A DNA stretch of 32,000 bases from Wolbachia endosymbiont strain TRS of Brugia malayi (GTDB lineage: Bacteria > Pseudomonadota > Alphaproteobacteria > Rickettsiales > Anaplasmataceae), in NCBI RefSeq assembly GCF_000008385.1, contig NC_006833.1, positions 390,001-422,000 of the forward strand, given 5' to 3'. Positions 8,172-18,236 of the stretch are shown here, in pieces. Both the position numbers and the translations under genes were made by a program. Within the stretch, counting starts at the first letter, position 1. Every line of letters starts with the position of its first letter. Below the pieces are notes generated by a model. The model ran no database searches and had not been told where the DNA came from. It saw only the letters and a program-made list of their open reading frames with translations.

Positions 8172-8486
8172 GTGAGTAGAGTTTGCGAATTAACAAATAG
8201 AAAGAAATCTTTTGGTAATAAGGTATCACATTCAAATCGTAAAGCAAAACGCATCTTTCTTTTAAATTTACATAATGTTACATTGATAAGTAATATATTA
8301 AATAAAAAATTTAAGTTTCGTGTAGCAATAAGGACCTTAAGGACTATAGATTATAAAGGTAATCTTGACGCTTTTTTGCTCAATACAAGAACAGTTAAAC
8401 TAAGCAAAAAAGCACAAAAAATAAAAAGAAAGTTGAAGAAAGTTTTAGCAAAACAAGAGGTAGAATTAGGCATCTCAGATGCATAG
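8172..8486 (+). CDS. rpmB: 50S ribosomal protein L28
   Basis: GTG start. The N-terminus [34 protein letters not shown] is the canonical L28 signature. The basic C-terminal extension is typical of alphaproteobacterial L28. Confidence 0.9.
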   Translation: MSRVCELTNRKKSFGNKVSHSNRKAKRIFLLNLHNVTLISNILNKKFKFRVAIRTLRTIDYKGNLDAFLLNTRTVKLSKKAQKIKRKLKKVLAKQEVELGISDA

Positions 8487-9342
8487 CAAGCCTCCATGGC
8501 TCAGAGCAAAAGCTCCGACTGGTGAAATATTCAATGAGACCTTAAATACTGTTAAACTGCATGGTCTACATACAGTGTGCGAAGAGGCTGCATGTCCAAA
8601 TATTGGTGAATGTTGGAACAAACGTCATGCTACTGTGATGATTCTTGGTTCTGTTTGCACTCGTGCTTGTGCATTTTGCAACGTTGCAACTGGTATCCCT
8701 AATAAGTTAGATCCTCACGAACCAGAAAATTTAGCAAAAGCAATAAAAAAGTTAAACTTAAAATATGTTGTCATTACCTCCGTCGACCGTGATGATTTAC
8801 CAGATGGCGGAGCAAGTCAGTTTATAAAGTGTATAGAAGAAATTAGAAAAATAACTCCAGAAACAACAGTAGAAATTTTAACTCCTGATTTTTTAAATAA
8901 GAAAGGAGCGTTTGAAGCAATCGCTGTTGCATCACCTGATGTCTATAACCACAATATTGAAATGGTGCCAAGATTATATGCAAGAATAAGACCGCGTGCT
9001 CGTTATTTTCATTCACTATATTTGTTGAAGATGGTGAAGCAAATTAATCCTAAACTCCTCACAAAGTCAGGGCTCATGGTTGGTCTTGGAGAAACGAAAG
9101 AAGAAGTACTTCAAGTTATGGACGATTTACGAAGTGCTGAAGTTGACTTTATCACAATCGGTCAATATCTTCAACCAACTCCAAAGCATGCAAAGATTGA
9201 TAGGTATGTTACCCCAGAAGAATTTGAGCATTATAAATATATTGCTTATTCTAAAGGTTTCTTAGTGGTTGCATCTAGTCCACTAACTAGATCATCATAC
9301 CATGCTGAAGAGGATTTTAATAGGCTCAAGGCTTGTCGTTAA
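8479..9342 (+). CDS. lipA: lipoyl synthase
   Basis: 287 aa. Auxiliary cluster motif [13 protein letters not shown], radical-SAM motif [10 protein letters not shown], and C-terminal [11 protein letters not shown]. The start overlaps the rpmB stop by 8 nt. Confidence 0.95.
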   Translation: MHSKPPWLRAKAPTGEIFNETLNTVKLHGLHTVCEEAACPNIGECWNKRHATVMILGSVCTRACAFCNVATGIPNKLDPHEPENLAKAIKKLNLKYVVITSVDRDDLPDGGASQFIKCIEEIRKITPETTVEILTPDFLNKKGAFEAIAVASPDVYNHNIEMVPRLYARIRPRARYFHSLYLLKMVKQINPKLLTKSGLMVGLGETKEEVLQVMDDLRSAEVDFITIGQYLQPTPKHAKIDRYVTPEEFEHYKYIAYSKGFLVVASSPLTRSSYHAEEDFNRLKACR

Positions 9343-9543
9343 TACTAGATTTCTTCAAGATCTGAAACACGATTGTGTAAATCATATGTAGTTAAGTTAA
9401 GCAAGGTTGAAGAATTGAGAGATAAGCTTCAAGTTAAAGCGGCAGATTTAAGCTAGTAAAGTTGTTTTTTTACTTTTTTATGAATCCTGAGTGCAAGATG
9501 CACTTGTTTCACTTACCACTTTTAGCGGTTTATCACCTAAACT

Positions 9544-9865
9544 ATGTTCCACTTTTGTCTCACATTACGTTTTGGTAAGCTACCAGACACGAGTCTAATT
9601 GCAAATTCAAATCTAGCACTAATTGGAAAAGAGGTGGTAGAATTCCAAAGTGCTGAACTTGCAGATAAAAATAAATATAAGATGAGTAATCTAATTAGAG
9701 GGCAAGAAGGTACCGAAGAATATGAGTATACTGCAGGTGAGAAACTCACTCTGCTTGATGATTCAATAGTACCTTTTTGAAGCTCCAAGGGGAAAAGAAT
9801 TTTACCTTAAAGCAGTTACTTATGGTGATTCATTGTGCAATACGTGGGCAAAGGCATTTCTATAG
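9544..9865 (+). pseudogene. frameshifted gene remnant, possibly phage-tail / GTA host-specificity-like
   Basis: A 78-codon ORF (IGKEVVEFQSAELADKNKYKMSNLIRGQEGTEEYEYTAGEKLTLLDDSIVPF) continues after a frameshift near 9775 as EAPRGKEFYLKAVTYGDSLCNTWAKAFL*. The xExxxFxxAEL...LxRGQxGTE pattern recalls alphaproteobacterial GTA ORFg15-type tail proteins; this is from memory and unverified. Confidence 0.3.
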
Positions 9866-10027
9866 TAATTAAAATTTAACAAATATATACTTAAATTAGT
9901 ATTAATGATAGAGGTATGACATATTAAAGAAAATATTTAGTAAGTTAAAAGGTAAAGTGAGGAAGTATTAGTATACTAATCTAAGGCCTACAGAAGAAAC
10001 GCTCAATTTTGGTTATAAATACATAAG

Positions 10028-10555
10028 GACCTAGATATTGATTTTAACAGCGAATATAAATTTGCTCATAATCTTATTATTAATGGAAAGATAATAACTA
10101 ACAACTTTATTAAAAATCTATATTCAAAATATGAAAATCTAACTCCAAAGGATGGATAGGGGTGAAAAGGGGAATTACCGTCTATTCCTTAAAGAGGTTT
10201 TCACAGAAATGTTTGTGCGTGCTGGTGCAACAGCTCTCAATAACTCTATTATGGAAGAATTGATAACCTATTATAACAGATCTGGGTACATGAGATTTAC
10301 CTCTTTACAGAATTTATTTTATCCTTTTGGATTATGCATGTACTCCTTAAAATTTCTAACTCCCTTCTACAAAGAAAGGATTTATATGGATTATAAAGGC
10401 CCTAATTGTTGGAATTTAGTTTTAGCGTAAACGAGTGTGTATACAATAACCAACAGGTTCTAGTATGCGATCTACAAAACTCAATGGAGTTTAAATTAAA
10501 AAGTAAAGATGAAAATGTAGCGTATGACATGGTAACGTATCTCTTACTATCCTAA
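10028..10555 (+). pseudogene. unknown gene remnant split over three reading frames
   Basis: Three consecutive open segments in different frames: DLDIDFNSEYKFAHNLIINGKIITNNFIKNLYSKYENLTPKDG, then MDRGEKGNYRLFLKEVFTEMFVRAGATALNNSIMEELITYYNRSGY... (ORF 10152-10430), then VNECVYNNQQVLVCDLQNSMEFKLKSKDENVAYDMV. No family recognised. Confidence 0.3.
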
Positions 10556-11149
10556 AGAGTTAAAAAAACTACAAAGCAAATGTGTTCGGTATTATTGTTG
10601 AATATTTTCAGAAGTTTTGCAAAAAATTGGGCTTTAAATTTGAAAATAATTCCCTCTTTAGTAGACTCCATCGCATATCCATAGGTAGACTATTTACTTG
10701 TACTTGCAATAGGTTTATAATCCTTATCGTTTTCAGAAATAATAGAGTATTGCTCTTCTTCAACTCTTCTCTTCACTAGCCAAGTAAAACTTGCAATATT
10801 ATCTTAATATGCGGTAAGTCAATCATTTCCATGGCGGTTTTGCCGATGTGAGAAGGAGGGTATTCTTTAAGCATAAGTGACCTCATTGAAGGAAAAGAAA
10901 GCTTATATATAACCAACACTACTTACTTGAACGGACATGCTTTCAAATTTTGTCTTTGTGATTCTTATAGTACATTTTTTCTCACTATCTGAAATAGCTA
11001 TAATATTGCTTGGTGTAAGCCACACATATTTTAGCAGTACATTGCCTCGGCAGTTCATCATATTTGGCGTCAATTGGATAGCCAAAATAGAGAATTATCC
11101 TGAAATTCTTGCCATTTTTGATCTTGCAGAGAAGTAACTTTCCCTTTGG

Positions 11150-14101
11150 TTACACCGAGCTAAACTTCTTCTTCATACCACCTTTCAAACTGTTGGTAAT
11201 AGCTTCGTTAGCCTTGGTCATAGCGCGATCAAATACTCCCAACAACCTCTTTAATAAGCTTGGAGTTAGCGAAGAGATAAAATTAACAAATATATTACTA
11301 TTTTTATCATCTCCGCTTGCTTTGTAGTCTATCGAAATAATTCCCCTACTTTTCCCGCCAGTTAGAAGTTTCCCAACTATAGGAATTTTTAACAGAGACT
11401 TATTAATCGAATATGCCGGTATTACTTGTCCTTCAACTTGAAATTTATAACCTCTAATATCAAGCTTGCCACTAGTACTAATACCTAACTCCGCTCCTTC
11501 AAGCCAAGATTCTTCAATTTCAACAGTACCATCTTTATGTGAAAAAGGCGCGTTATACTTATAAAAGTATACACCTTCATTCTTTATAGTATTCACAATC
11601 CCAGGAAGCGAAGACATCGATAATAAAGTAGTGAGTAGTGGAGCATCTTTAATATAGAAATTACCAATAGATAGCATACCATAATGTTCTCCACTTTCCC
11701 TCTGAGGAGATAGGTAAAAAGATAATTTACCATTTTTGACTGATTTACTAATGCCTAAAGAACGCAAAAGCATACCTGAATTATCCGCATGTATTTCCAG
11801 TCCTATTTCACTGTACTCTGCTAGTATATTACTGTTATCTTCTAGAAACTGCCCTGTAAATTGACTTCCATTGCAATTACCTTTAGTGCAGCTTATATTT
11901 AAGCTAGCATCTTTTATAACAATGCCTTCCTTCATAATTACATTGTCAACATTCATACTAACTTCCACATTATTGCTTAATCCACTATCATTTTTGCCAA
12001 GTAAATCTAAAACATCACTTAAGTTAATTTTCTCACCACAAACGTTTATGATATTTTTTCCCTTACTTGACTTAATTTCTATACTAAGATCATTATTAGG
12101 CAACTTAAAGCTACTAGTATTTAAATACAAATCCCCATTTTCTACTCTTCCGCTAAATTTTATATCTAAATCGCTCCCTATAACATCTAACCTGTCTATT
12201 AACAACCTATTGGCCCCTTTTAACTTCACAGAGAACAAAATTTTATTGTGATCCTCAAAACGATTTTTCCACCCTAAATAACTTGAACGCAATTCAAACT
12301 CTGATAAATCTACATTACCATTAACATATCCAGTCTTATCTTGATTTATCACTGATTCTATATTCGCATTGAAGTAACCACCATTGAAATTAAGTATTTG
12401 AGCAGGTAAATCTCCGGTCAAACTCCAGGTAAAACTTTCATTTTTGTTACTACTTTTTAGGTCAAATAGCAGCTGTGTATTATTTACTATACCACTACCA
12501 TTCAGATCTATAAAGTCACTGCCAAAATCAAGCTTAATATCATACCTACCAAGATTTGCATCATAGATAACTAGATTGTCAATTTCAGAATGAAATTTGG
12601 CAGAAAAGTTCACTTCTTTATCATCAGCGTTTATGTTAAAGACGCGAAAATTGAATACAGACTTTGCTGCTCCCCCTATTTTGTTCTTTTCAACCTTAAT
12701 CACATCATCCAGCTTAAATTTTATAGGCTCATACAATCCATAAGCATCACTTACAGCTTGGCCATTAATGGTTAAAACTGAATCTTCCCTGTCAAGAGAA
12801 TTCATTTCAATATTACAACCATTAATAGTGAAATTCTGAAACTTAGCGCTATTTACAGTAATTTTGAGACTGTCATTCTTAAGAACCAAGTCACCGCTTA
12901 ATTCCCTTACTTGCTCAAAATCTTCATCAAATTTTACGCTGCCATTTTCTATATCAGCAACTACAATGACGTCTGACAGATCATTATTAATCAAATTGTT
13001 AATTTTGCCATTAAAACTTACAATTACATTTAAAATGTTTCCATCAATGTTATCACAATACCAGCTTTTAAATTCACTATTTATTATGTAATCTGGTACG
13101 TAAGTGCATAAATCCTTTGCAGCAAATTTACTAATATTAACTCTAAACAAAGCATGATTTGCACTAAAGTTCATCTTGCCCATTAAAGAGAGATACGTAC
13201 CATTTAGATTAAAATGAAAGTTTTTTACACCAATGACCCCATCACTATATGTTAAATTTATATTCACATTAGTTATGGCTAAGTTTTTATTCACACGATT
13301 TTCTGTATTTAAAATATATACATTCCCATCTATAATCTCATTCTTTCCACTAATTCTCATCGAGAAGTTTCCCTTAAACCCTATATTTTTGCCTAAATTG
13401 TAATTTTTAATTAACGTGGAAAACTCACTAAATAGTTTCAATTTTAGGTTATAAAATATCCCATACACATTTAGCAAACCGTTGCGATTTTTTATCGTAA
13501 TAGACAAATCATCCAAAAACCCCTTTTCATCTTTTGTATGAACACGAATATCTAAAACATTAAAATCTTCCCTTTTCCCTATATATAATTCATCAATAAA
13601 TAATTCACCTTCCGTGCTTTTATTGATCGCAATGTTAGTAATTTCAATCCTCGAACCTGTATTTAAGTCAAAAAAGAATTCCCTTACTGCTTTTAAAGAA
13701 TTTTTCAAATCAAAATCAACCACTTTAAAACCAGCTTTTTCCTGATCGACATACGCACACACACTATCAGCTAGAACTTGAGAAATTTTTACATTAGCTC
13801 TAAACAGGGAACTTAATTTGAAATGTACAAAAAGATTAGGAGCTTCTATAATAAAACCAGAATTTACTATTTTCAAATTTGTAATAACCAAATAGGGGTC
13901 CTTGCCGTCTTTCTGCAAAATAACTGAAGTACTCCCAATATCAACATCTGAGTTGGCAAATGTTTTCGATATTTTACTCTTTACATAAAAATTGATATAA
14001 CTAATATTGATTTCTAAAGGACTTTCACCTTTAAAAAAAATAAAGAAGCAGAATATCAACAATAAAGCTATAGAAAATGATATAATAATCTTTTTAAGCA
14101 T
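11150..14101 (-). CDS. AsmA-like / YhdP-like (DUF3971 plus AsmA_2 C-terminal) envelope protein
   Basis: 983 aa with a single N-terminal TM anchor (IISFSIALLLIFCFFIFF) and a long beta-rich body. The C-terminus LLKIPIVGKLLTGGKSRGIISIDYKASGDDKNSNIFVNFISSLTPSLLKRL matches the conserved AsmA-like C-terminal motif as I recall it. Confidence 0.75.
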   Translation of the reverse strand: MLKKIIISFSIALLLIFCFFIFFKGESPLEINISYINFYVKSKISKTFANSDVDIGSTSVILQKDGKDPYLVITNLKIVNSGFIIEAPNLFVHFKLSSLFRANVKISQVLADSVCAYVDQEKAGFKVVDFDLKNSLKAVREFFFDLNTGSRIEITNIAINKSTEGELFIDELYIGKREDFNVLDIRVHTKDEKGFLDDLSITIKNRNGLLNVYGIFYNLKLKLFSEFSTLIKNYNLGKNIGFKGNFSMRISGKNEIIDGNVYILNTENRVNKNLAITNVNINLTYSDGVIGVKNFHFNLNGTYLSLMGKMNFSANHALFRVNISKFAAKDLCTYVPDYIINSEFKSWYCDNIDGNILNVIVSFNGKINNLINNDLSDVIVVADIENGSVKFDEDFEQVRELSGDLVLKNDSLKITVNSAKFQNFTINGCNIEMNSLDREDSVLTINGQAVSDAYGLYEPIKFKLDDVIKVEKNKIGGAAKSVFNFRVFNINADDKEVNFSAKFHSEIDNLVIYDANLGRYDIKLDFGSDFIDLNGSGIVNNTQLLFDLKSSNKNESFTWSLTGDLPAQILNFNGGYFNANIESVINQDKTGYVNGNVDLSEFELRSSYLGWKNRFEDHNKILFSVKLKGANRLLIDRLDVIGSDLDIKFSGRVENGDLYLNTSSFKLPNNDLSIEIKSSKGKNIINVCGEKINLSDVLDLLGKNDSGLSNNVEVSMNVDNVIMKEGIVIKDASLNISCTKGNCNGSQFTGQFLEDNSNILAEYSEIGLEIHADNSGMLLRSLGISKSVKNGKLSFYLSPQRESGEHYGMLSIGNFYIKDAPLLTTLLSMSSLPGIVNTIKNEGVYFYKYNAPFSHKDGTVEIEESWLEGAELGISTSGKLDIRGYKFQVEGQVIPAYSINKSLLKIPIVGKLLTGGKSRGIISIDYKASGDDKNSNIFVNFISSLTPSLLKRLLGVFDRAMTKANEAITNSLKGGMKKKFSSV

Positions 14102-14546
14102 CGATTATCGCTTTTCTTGCTAAATTATTAGCCTCCTCATTATGTTTATCACCATTGTGAGCTTTAACCCACTTCCAATTAATTTTGTGTTGTGAAGCAA
14201 TATTATCCAATTCTTTCCACAACTCTATATTTTTTACTGATCTTTTACTACTTGTCTTCCAGCCATTCACTTTCCACTTACTTACCCACTCTGTTATACC
14301 AGATTTAACATAGAGACTATCCGTATACAAATTAATATTACAAGAAAATTTTAACGCCTTTAGTCCATTGATCACTGCTGTTAACTCCATCTTATTGCTT
14401 GTAGTATTTTCTTCTCTACCATAAACATCTTTTCTATAATCTTGAAATAATATAATAGCCGCCCATCCTCCTGTGCCAGGATTACCAGAACATGCTCCAT
14501 CCATGTATATTGTTACTTCCTTTCTATTCACCTTTAACCATAACAA
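14094..14546 (-). CDS. rnhA: ribonuclease HI
   Basis: 150 aa. YMDGACSGNPGTGGWAAI carries the first catalytic Asp, and TSNKMELTAVINGL, TDSLYV and WVKAHNGDKHNEEANNLA are also present. The stop overlaps the start of the downstream AsmA-like gene by 8 nt. Confidence 0.92.
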   Translation of the reverse strand: MLWLKVNRKEVTIYMDGACSGNPGTGGWAAIILFQDYRKDVYGREENTTSNKMELTAVINGLKALKFSCNINLYTDSLYVKSGITEWVSKWKVNGWKTSSKRSVKNIELWKELDNIASQHKINWKWVKAHNGDKHNEEANNLARKAIIDA

Positions 14547-14614
14547 ATTAATAAAGTATATAATTGCTCCTATGAAAGTACAATTTTAATGAAACCTATA
14601 AATGCACAGGCAGT

Positions 14615-14722
14615 TTAAGCTGCACCTTTAAATTTTATTATAGAAACAAAGAAAAGTGCTACAATGAGCGTTATTAGAAGAAAAAGTAAAAAATAGTTTT
14701 TATATTTCTGCTGTTCTTTCAT
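14615..14722 (-). CDS. small single-TM protein directly after ctaB (coxF-position ORF), absent from the supplied ORF track
   Basis: The ATG at 14722 lies 2 nt after the ctaB stop. It translates to MKEQQKYKNYFLLFLLITLIVALFFVSIIKFKGAA*, a charged N-terminus, one clean hydrophobic helix and a basic tail. It falls below the track's length cutoff. Confidence 0.45.
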   Translation of the reverse strand: MKEQQKYKNYFLLFLLITLIVALFFVSIIKFKGAA

Positions 14723-14724
14723 AG

Positions 14725-15612
14725 TTAAAACAAATCAATAGAACACAAAATAATACTAGCAAACAGAAAAAATAGATAAGAGATTGAGTAAGAAAACATT
14801 CTTTTCTGTGAGCTGTGATCCTTCAACTTCATAATGGACACAGCATGCCAAATAAAAATGCAACCTCCAAAGATTGCCATACCTAGATAAAATGGAGCCC
14901 TTTTCAAGAATAGAGCTGGAAGTAAGCTAGTTAACACCAGCAACACACTATAAACTAATATATATTTTCTTGTTTTCTCTGGGCCGTAAACAACATTGAA
15001 CATTGGAACTGATGCTTTCTCATAGTCTTCAGACTTATTCAAAGACAAGGCCCAAAAGTGTGGTGGAGTCCACATAAAAATTATTAAGAATAGAACAAAA
15101 CCCCTCCAACTCACAGAATCAGTCACAACTGCCCAGCCAATTACTGGAGGAAAAGCACCTGATGCACCACCGATAACGATATTCTGCGGAGTACGCCTTT
15201 TGAGCCAAATCGTATATATGAAAATGTAAAATAATATGCCAATTGCAAGCAAAATAGCAGAAATATAGTTTACTGCTATTGCCATAATAAATACTGATAA
15301 TACCCCAATGGTTACACCAAATTCAAGTGCACTTTCCGCAGAAACCCTACCAGAGGGTATAGGACGAGCTTTTGTCCTCTTCATGAGCAGATCTATGTCC
15401 CTATCATACCACATATTTATAGCACCTGCAGATCCTGAGCCAAGAGCAATACATATAAGGGATATTAGTGCCAGAAAAGGGTGAATACTACCTGGAGCAG
15501 CAACCATTCCAGCAACTGCAGTAAATACTACAAGGTACATTATCCTTGGCTTCAGCAAACGCCAAAAATCCAGTACTGTCGATTCAACGTTTAACAAAGT
15601 ATTTGCGTGCAT
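14725..15612 (-). CDS. ctaB: protoheme IX farnesyltransferase (heme O synthase)
   Basis: 295 aa polytopic UbiA-family protein with [39 protein letters not shown] and [10 protein letters not shown] motifs. Confidence 0.93.
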   Translation of the reverse strand: MHANTLLNVESTVLDFWRLLKPRIMYLVVFTAVAGMVAAPGSIHPFLALISLICIALGSGSAGAINMWYDRDIDLLMKRTKARPIPSGRVSAESALEFGVTIGVLSVFIMAIAVNYISAILLAIGILFYIFIYTIWLKRRTPQNIVIGGASGAFPPVIGWAVVTDSVSWRGFVLFLIIFMWTPPHFWALSLNKSEDYEKASVPMFNVVYGPEKTRKYILVYSVLLVLTSLLPALFLKRAPFYLGMAIFGGCIFIWHAVSIMKLKDHSSQKRMFSYSISYLFFLFASIILCSIDLF

Positions 15613-15613
15613 T

Positions 15614-17164
15614 CTATTTTATCACTGGTGGTTTTTCGAAAGCATGAAAAGGCGGTGGTGAAGATATTGTCCACTCTAAAGTATCACCTCCCCAAGGACT
15701 ATTTCCAACTTCCTTACCCCATTTGAAGAGGTGTATAACTATAAACACGAAAAACATAACTGAAGTAAAGGACATGTATGAACCAATTGAGGATATGTAA
15801 TTCCAAGGTATGAACGCATCAGGATAATCAGGTATACGTCTTGGCATGCCAGCTAACCCCAGAAAATGCTGAGGTAAAAAAGTGATATTGGTACCAATAA
15901 AAGTAAGCCAAAAGTGTATTTTCCCCAGGCATTCATTATATTGTTTACCTGACATTTTGCCTATCCAATAATAAAAGCCAGCAAAAGCTCCGAATAAAGC
16001 AGCCAGCGACATGACATAATGAAAATGAGCAACAACATAATAGGTATCGTGCAAAAGCTTGTCTATTCCACCATGAGACAGAATTATTCCGGTTATACCG
16101 CCACCAACAAACATGAAAATAAAACCCAGTGCAAAAAGCATAGGTGTTTTAAACTCAATTGCTCCACCCCACATAGTTGCAATCCAGCTAAAGACTTTCA
16201 CGCCAGTTATAACACCGATAAAAATTGTAGTGGTGCTAAAAAATATAGCAGCATCTTCACTAAGCCCAACAGTGAACATATGATGAGCCCAAACCATGAA
16301 GCCAAATATTGTTATACCTATCATAACATAAACCATTCCCATATAACCAAATACAGGCCTATGAGAAAAAGTTGACACAACCTGGCTTATGATGCCAAAT
16401 GCAGGAAAAATAATTATGTAAACTTCAGGATGACCAAAAAACCAAAATAGATGCTGAAATAACACAGGATCACCGCCACCAGCAGGATCAAAAAAGGAAG
16501 TACCAATATTGCGATCAGTAAGCAGCATAGTGATAGCACCAGCAAGCACTGGTAAGGCGACAATTAGCATGAATGACGTTAACAAGATAGACCAAACAAA
16601 CAATGGCATCTTAGTTAATGACATTCCTTTTGTACGCATGTTAAATATAGTAACTATAAAGTTGATCGCTCCAACAACCGACGACACACCAGCAACATGA
16701 AGTGCAAATATAGCAAGGTCAACTCCTGCACTTGGATGGGACATGACTTGTGATAAAGGTGGGTATAAAGTCCAACCTGTTCCAGGACCCTCACCAACAA
16801 ACACTGAAAGGATAAGCAAAATAAAAGATGATACTAATAACCAAAAACTTAAATTATTCATACGAGGAAATGCCATATCTGGTGCACCAATCATAAGAGG
16901 CACAAACCAATTACCAAATCCCCCTATTAGAGCTGGCATTATCATAAAAAACACCATTATCAACGCATGTCCTGTAACCATTACGTTATATAATTGGTAG
17001 TTGTTGTTGAATATATTAATGTGCATTAGCTGAGTGCGAATAACTACAGATAATAATCCACCAATGATTCCAGATAATATGGAAAAAATGATATACAGAG
17101 TTCCTATGTCTTTATGATTAGTAGAAAATAGCCAACGTCTTATACCTTTTGGTATGCCACTCAT
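15614..17164 (-). CDS. coxA: cytochrome c oxidase (aa3-type) subunit I
   Basis: 516 aa with [28 protein letters not shown] and the HHMF and VAHFHY heme/Cu ligand motifs. Confidence 0.97.
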   Translation of the reverse strand: MSGIPKGIRRWLFSTNHKDIGTLYIIFSILSGIIGGLLSVVIRTQLMHINIFNNNYQLYNVMVTGHALIMVFFMIMPALIGGFGNWFVPLMIGAPDMAFPRMNNLSFWLLVSSFILLILSVFVGEGPGTGWTLYPPLSQVMSHPSAGVDLAIFALHVAGVSSVVGAINFIVTIFNMRTKGMSLTKMPLFVWSILLTSFMLIVALPVLAGAITMLLTDRNIGTSFFDPAGGGDPVLFQHLFWFFGHPEVYIIIFPAFGIISQVVSTFSHRPVFGYMGMVYVMIGITIFGFMVWAHHMFTVGLSEDAAIFFSTTTIFIGVITGVKVFSWIATMWGGAIEFKTPMLFALGFIFMFVGGGITGIILSHGGIDKLLHDTYYVVAHFHYVMSLAALFGAFAGFYYWIGKMSGKQYNECLGKIHFWLTFIGTNITFLPQHFLGLAGMPRRIPDYPDAFIPWNYISSIGSYMSFTSVMFFVFIVIHLFKWGKEVGNSPWGGDTLEWTISSPPPFHAFEKPPVIK

Positions 17165-17180
17165 AATCTGTACCCCAAAT

Positions 17181-17945
17181 TTAACTTACTAATTTTTTAT
17201 TTTCAATCCACTTATTAAAATCTTCCTTGCTTACTGCTTCAATAACAATTGGCATAAATCCATGACCTTGACCGCACAATTCATAGCATTGCCCATAATA
17301 AACACCAGGTTTTTTGACGTTAAACCATGCTTCATTAAGCCTACCTGGTATTGCATCGATTTTTATGCCGAAAGCTGGTACTCCCCAGCTGTGTATCACA
17401 TCTCCTGCCGTCACTTGCAAACGAACGTTAGTATTAACTGGCAAAACTACGTTATTATCAACAGAAAATAGCTTCAAATCTCCTTTGACAAAATCATCTT
17501 TTTCCTTAATATAGCTATCAAACGACACACCTTGATATTCCGGATATCGATAGCTCCAATACCATTGATGACCAATAACTTTTAGTGTTATGTCAGCCTT
17601 CGGTATTTTTTCTTGTAGCTTAAGTAATTTAGCATTCTCAAAAGCCAATATACCAACAATAATCGTTGGTATAACAAACCAAACAATTTCTAAAAGAATA
17701 CTATGATGAGTTTTACTTATATTTGTTACTTTGCTTTTACGAAAGCGAAACATTACATAAGCTAGTAATGCCCATACAAAAAGCATTATTGTAACCATCA
17801 CACTCATCACAAACAAATGTGACTTAACTATAACCTCCATTATCTCAGTTGCAGGGGCAGGAAACCCAAATTGCCAAGAAGTAGGAGCAGAGGCAACTGA
17901 TATGCCTGAATAAAACATTATCAACAGTGCTAATAACTTCACCAT
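17181..17945 (-). CDS. coxB: cytochrome c oxidase subunit II
   Basis: 254 aa with a signal peptide, two TM helices and the CuA site DVIHSW...[13 protein letters not shown]. Confidence 0.95.
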   Translation of the reverse strand: MVKLLALLIMFYSGISVASAPTSWQFGFPAPATEIMEVIVKSHLFVMSVMVTIMLFVWALLAYVMFRFRKSKVTNISKTHHSILLEIVWFVIPTIIVGILAFENAKLLKLQEKIPKADITLKVIGHQWYWSYRYPEYQGVSFDSYIKEKDDFVKGDLKLFSVDNNVVLPVNTNVRLQVTAGDVIHSWGVPAFGIKIDAIPGRLNEAWFNVKKPGVYYGQCYELCGQGHGFMPIVIEAVSKEDFNKWIENKKLVS

Positions 17946-18106
17946 ATTTGTTTACTGTAAAACTAAGTGACATACTGTATAATAGTATATATAAACTTAC
18001 TATGCAAACAGAGATTAGTGATGGCTAATAATTTTTTAGCATTCAATAGCTATAATAACACAATACTAATTTGAGGAAAAAAGCATTTACATGAATCTAT
18101 TTTAGG

Positions 18107-18128
18107 TTAAAATATTATAATATTTTAA
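18107..18128. repeat. 22-bp perfect AT palindrome
   Basis: ttaaaatattataatattttaa equals its own reverse complement. It lies about 160 bp upstream of the coxB start. Confidence 0.6.
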
Positions 18129-18160
18129 ATTAAGTATTTACTTTAAGTAAATTCTATAAT

Positions 18161-18236
18161 AAGTTTAATAGTGTCTGTTACTGCTAATAACCCTCTAGCC
18201 TCACACCTAAAAGCAGTAACAGACACTATTAAACTT
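18161..18236. repeat. 25-bp perfect inverted repeat flanking a 26-nt spacer (MITE-like or long hairpin)
   Basis: The left arm aagtttaatagtgtctgttactgct (18161-18185) is the exact reverse complement of the right arm agcagtaacagacactattaaactt (18212-18236). A further 7 bp (ttctata / tatagaa) pair across a 2-nt bulge. Confidence 0.9.

Noticed and set aside
9080-9265. Plus-strand 61-aa ORF in an alternative frame inside lipA
   Set aside because: It is an out-of-frame ORF within a strongly supported gene.
9455-9480. Possible rho-independent terminator after lipA (agtaaa / tttact stem followed by a T-run)
   Set aside because: The stem is only 6 bp and almost entirely A/T, which is too weak to call in an AT-rich genome.
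9537-9788. Minus-strand 83-aa ORF
   Set aside because: It is antisense to the plus-strand fragment, which has the more protein-like sequence and continues after a frameshift. The minus-strand translation is S/L/F-rich and featureless.
11871-13091. Plus-strand ORFs 11871-12251, 12590-12775 and 12864-13091
   Set aside because: They are entirely antisense to the 983-aa AsmA-like gene, with low-complexity S/L/F/K-rich translations typical of antisense frames in AT-rich coding DNA.
16019-17000. Plus-strand ORFs 16019-16375, 16509-16700 and 16743-17000
   Set aside because: They are antisense to the highly conserved coxA and have no independent support.
17262-17514. Plus-strand ORFs 17262-17471 and 17314-17514
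   Set aside because: They are antisense to coxB.
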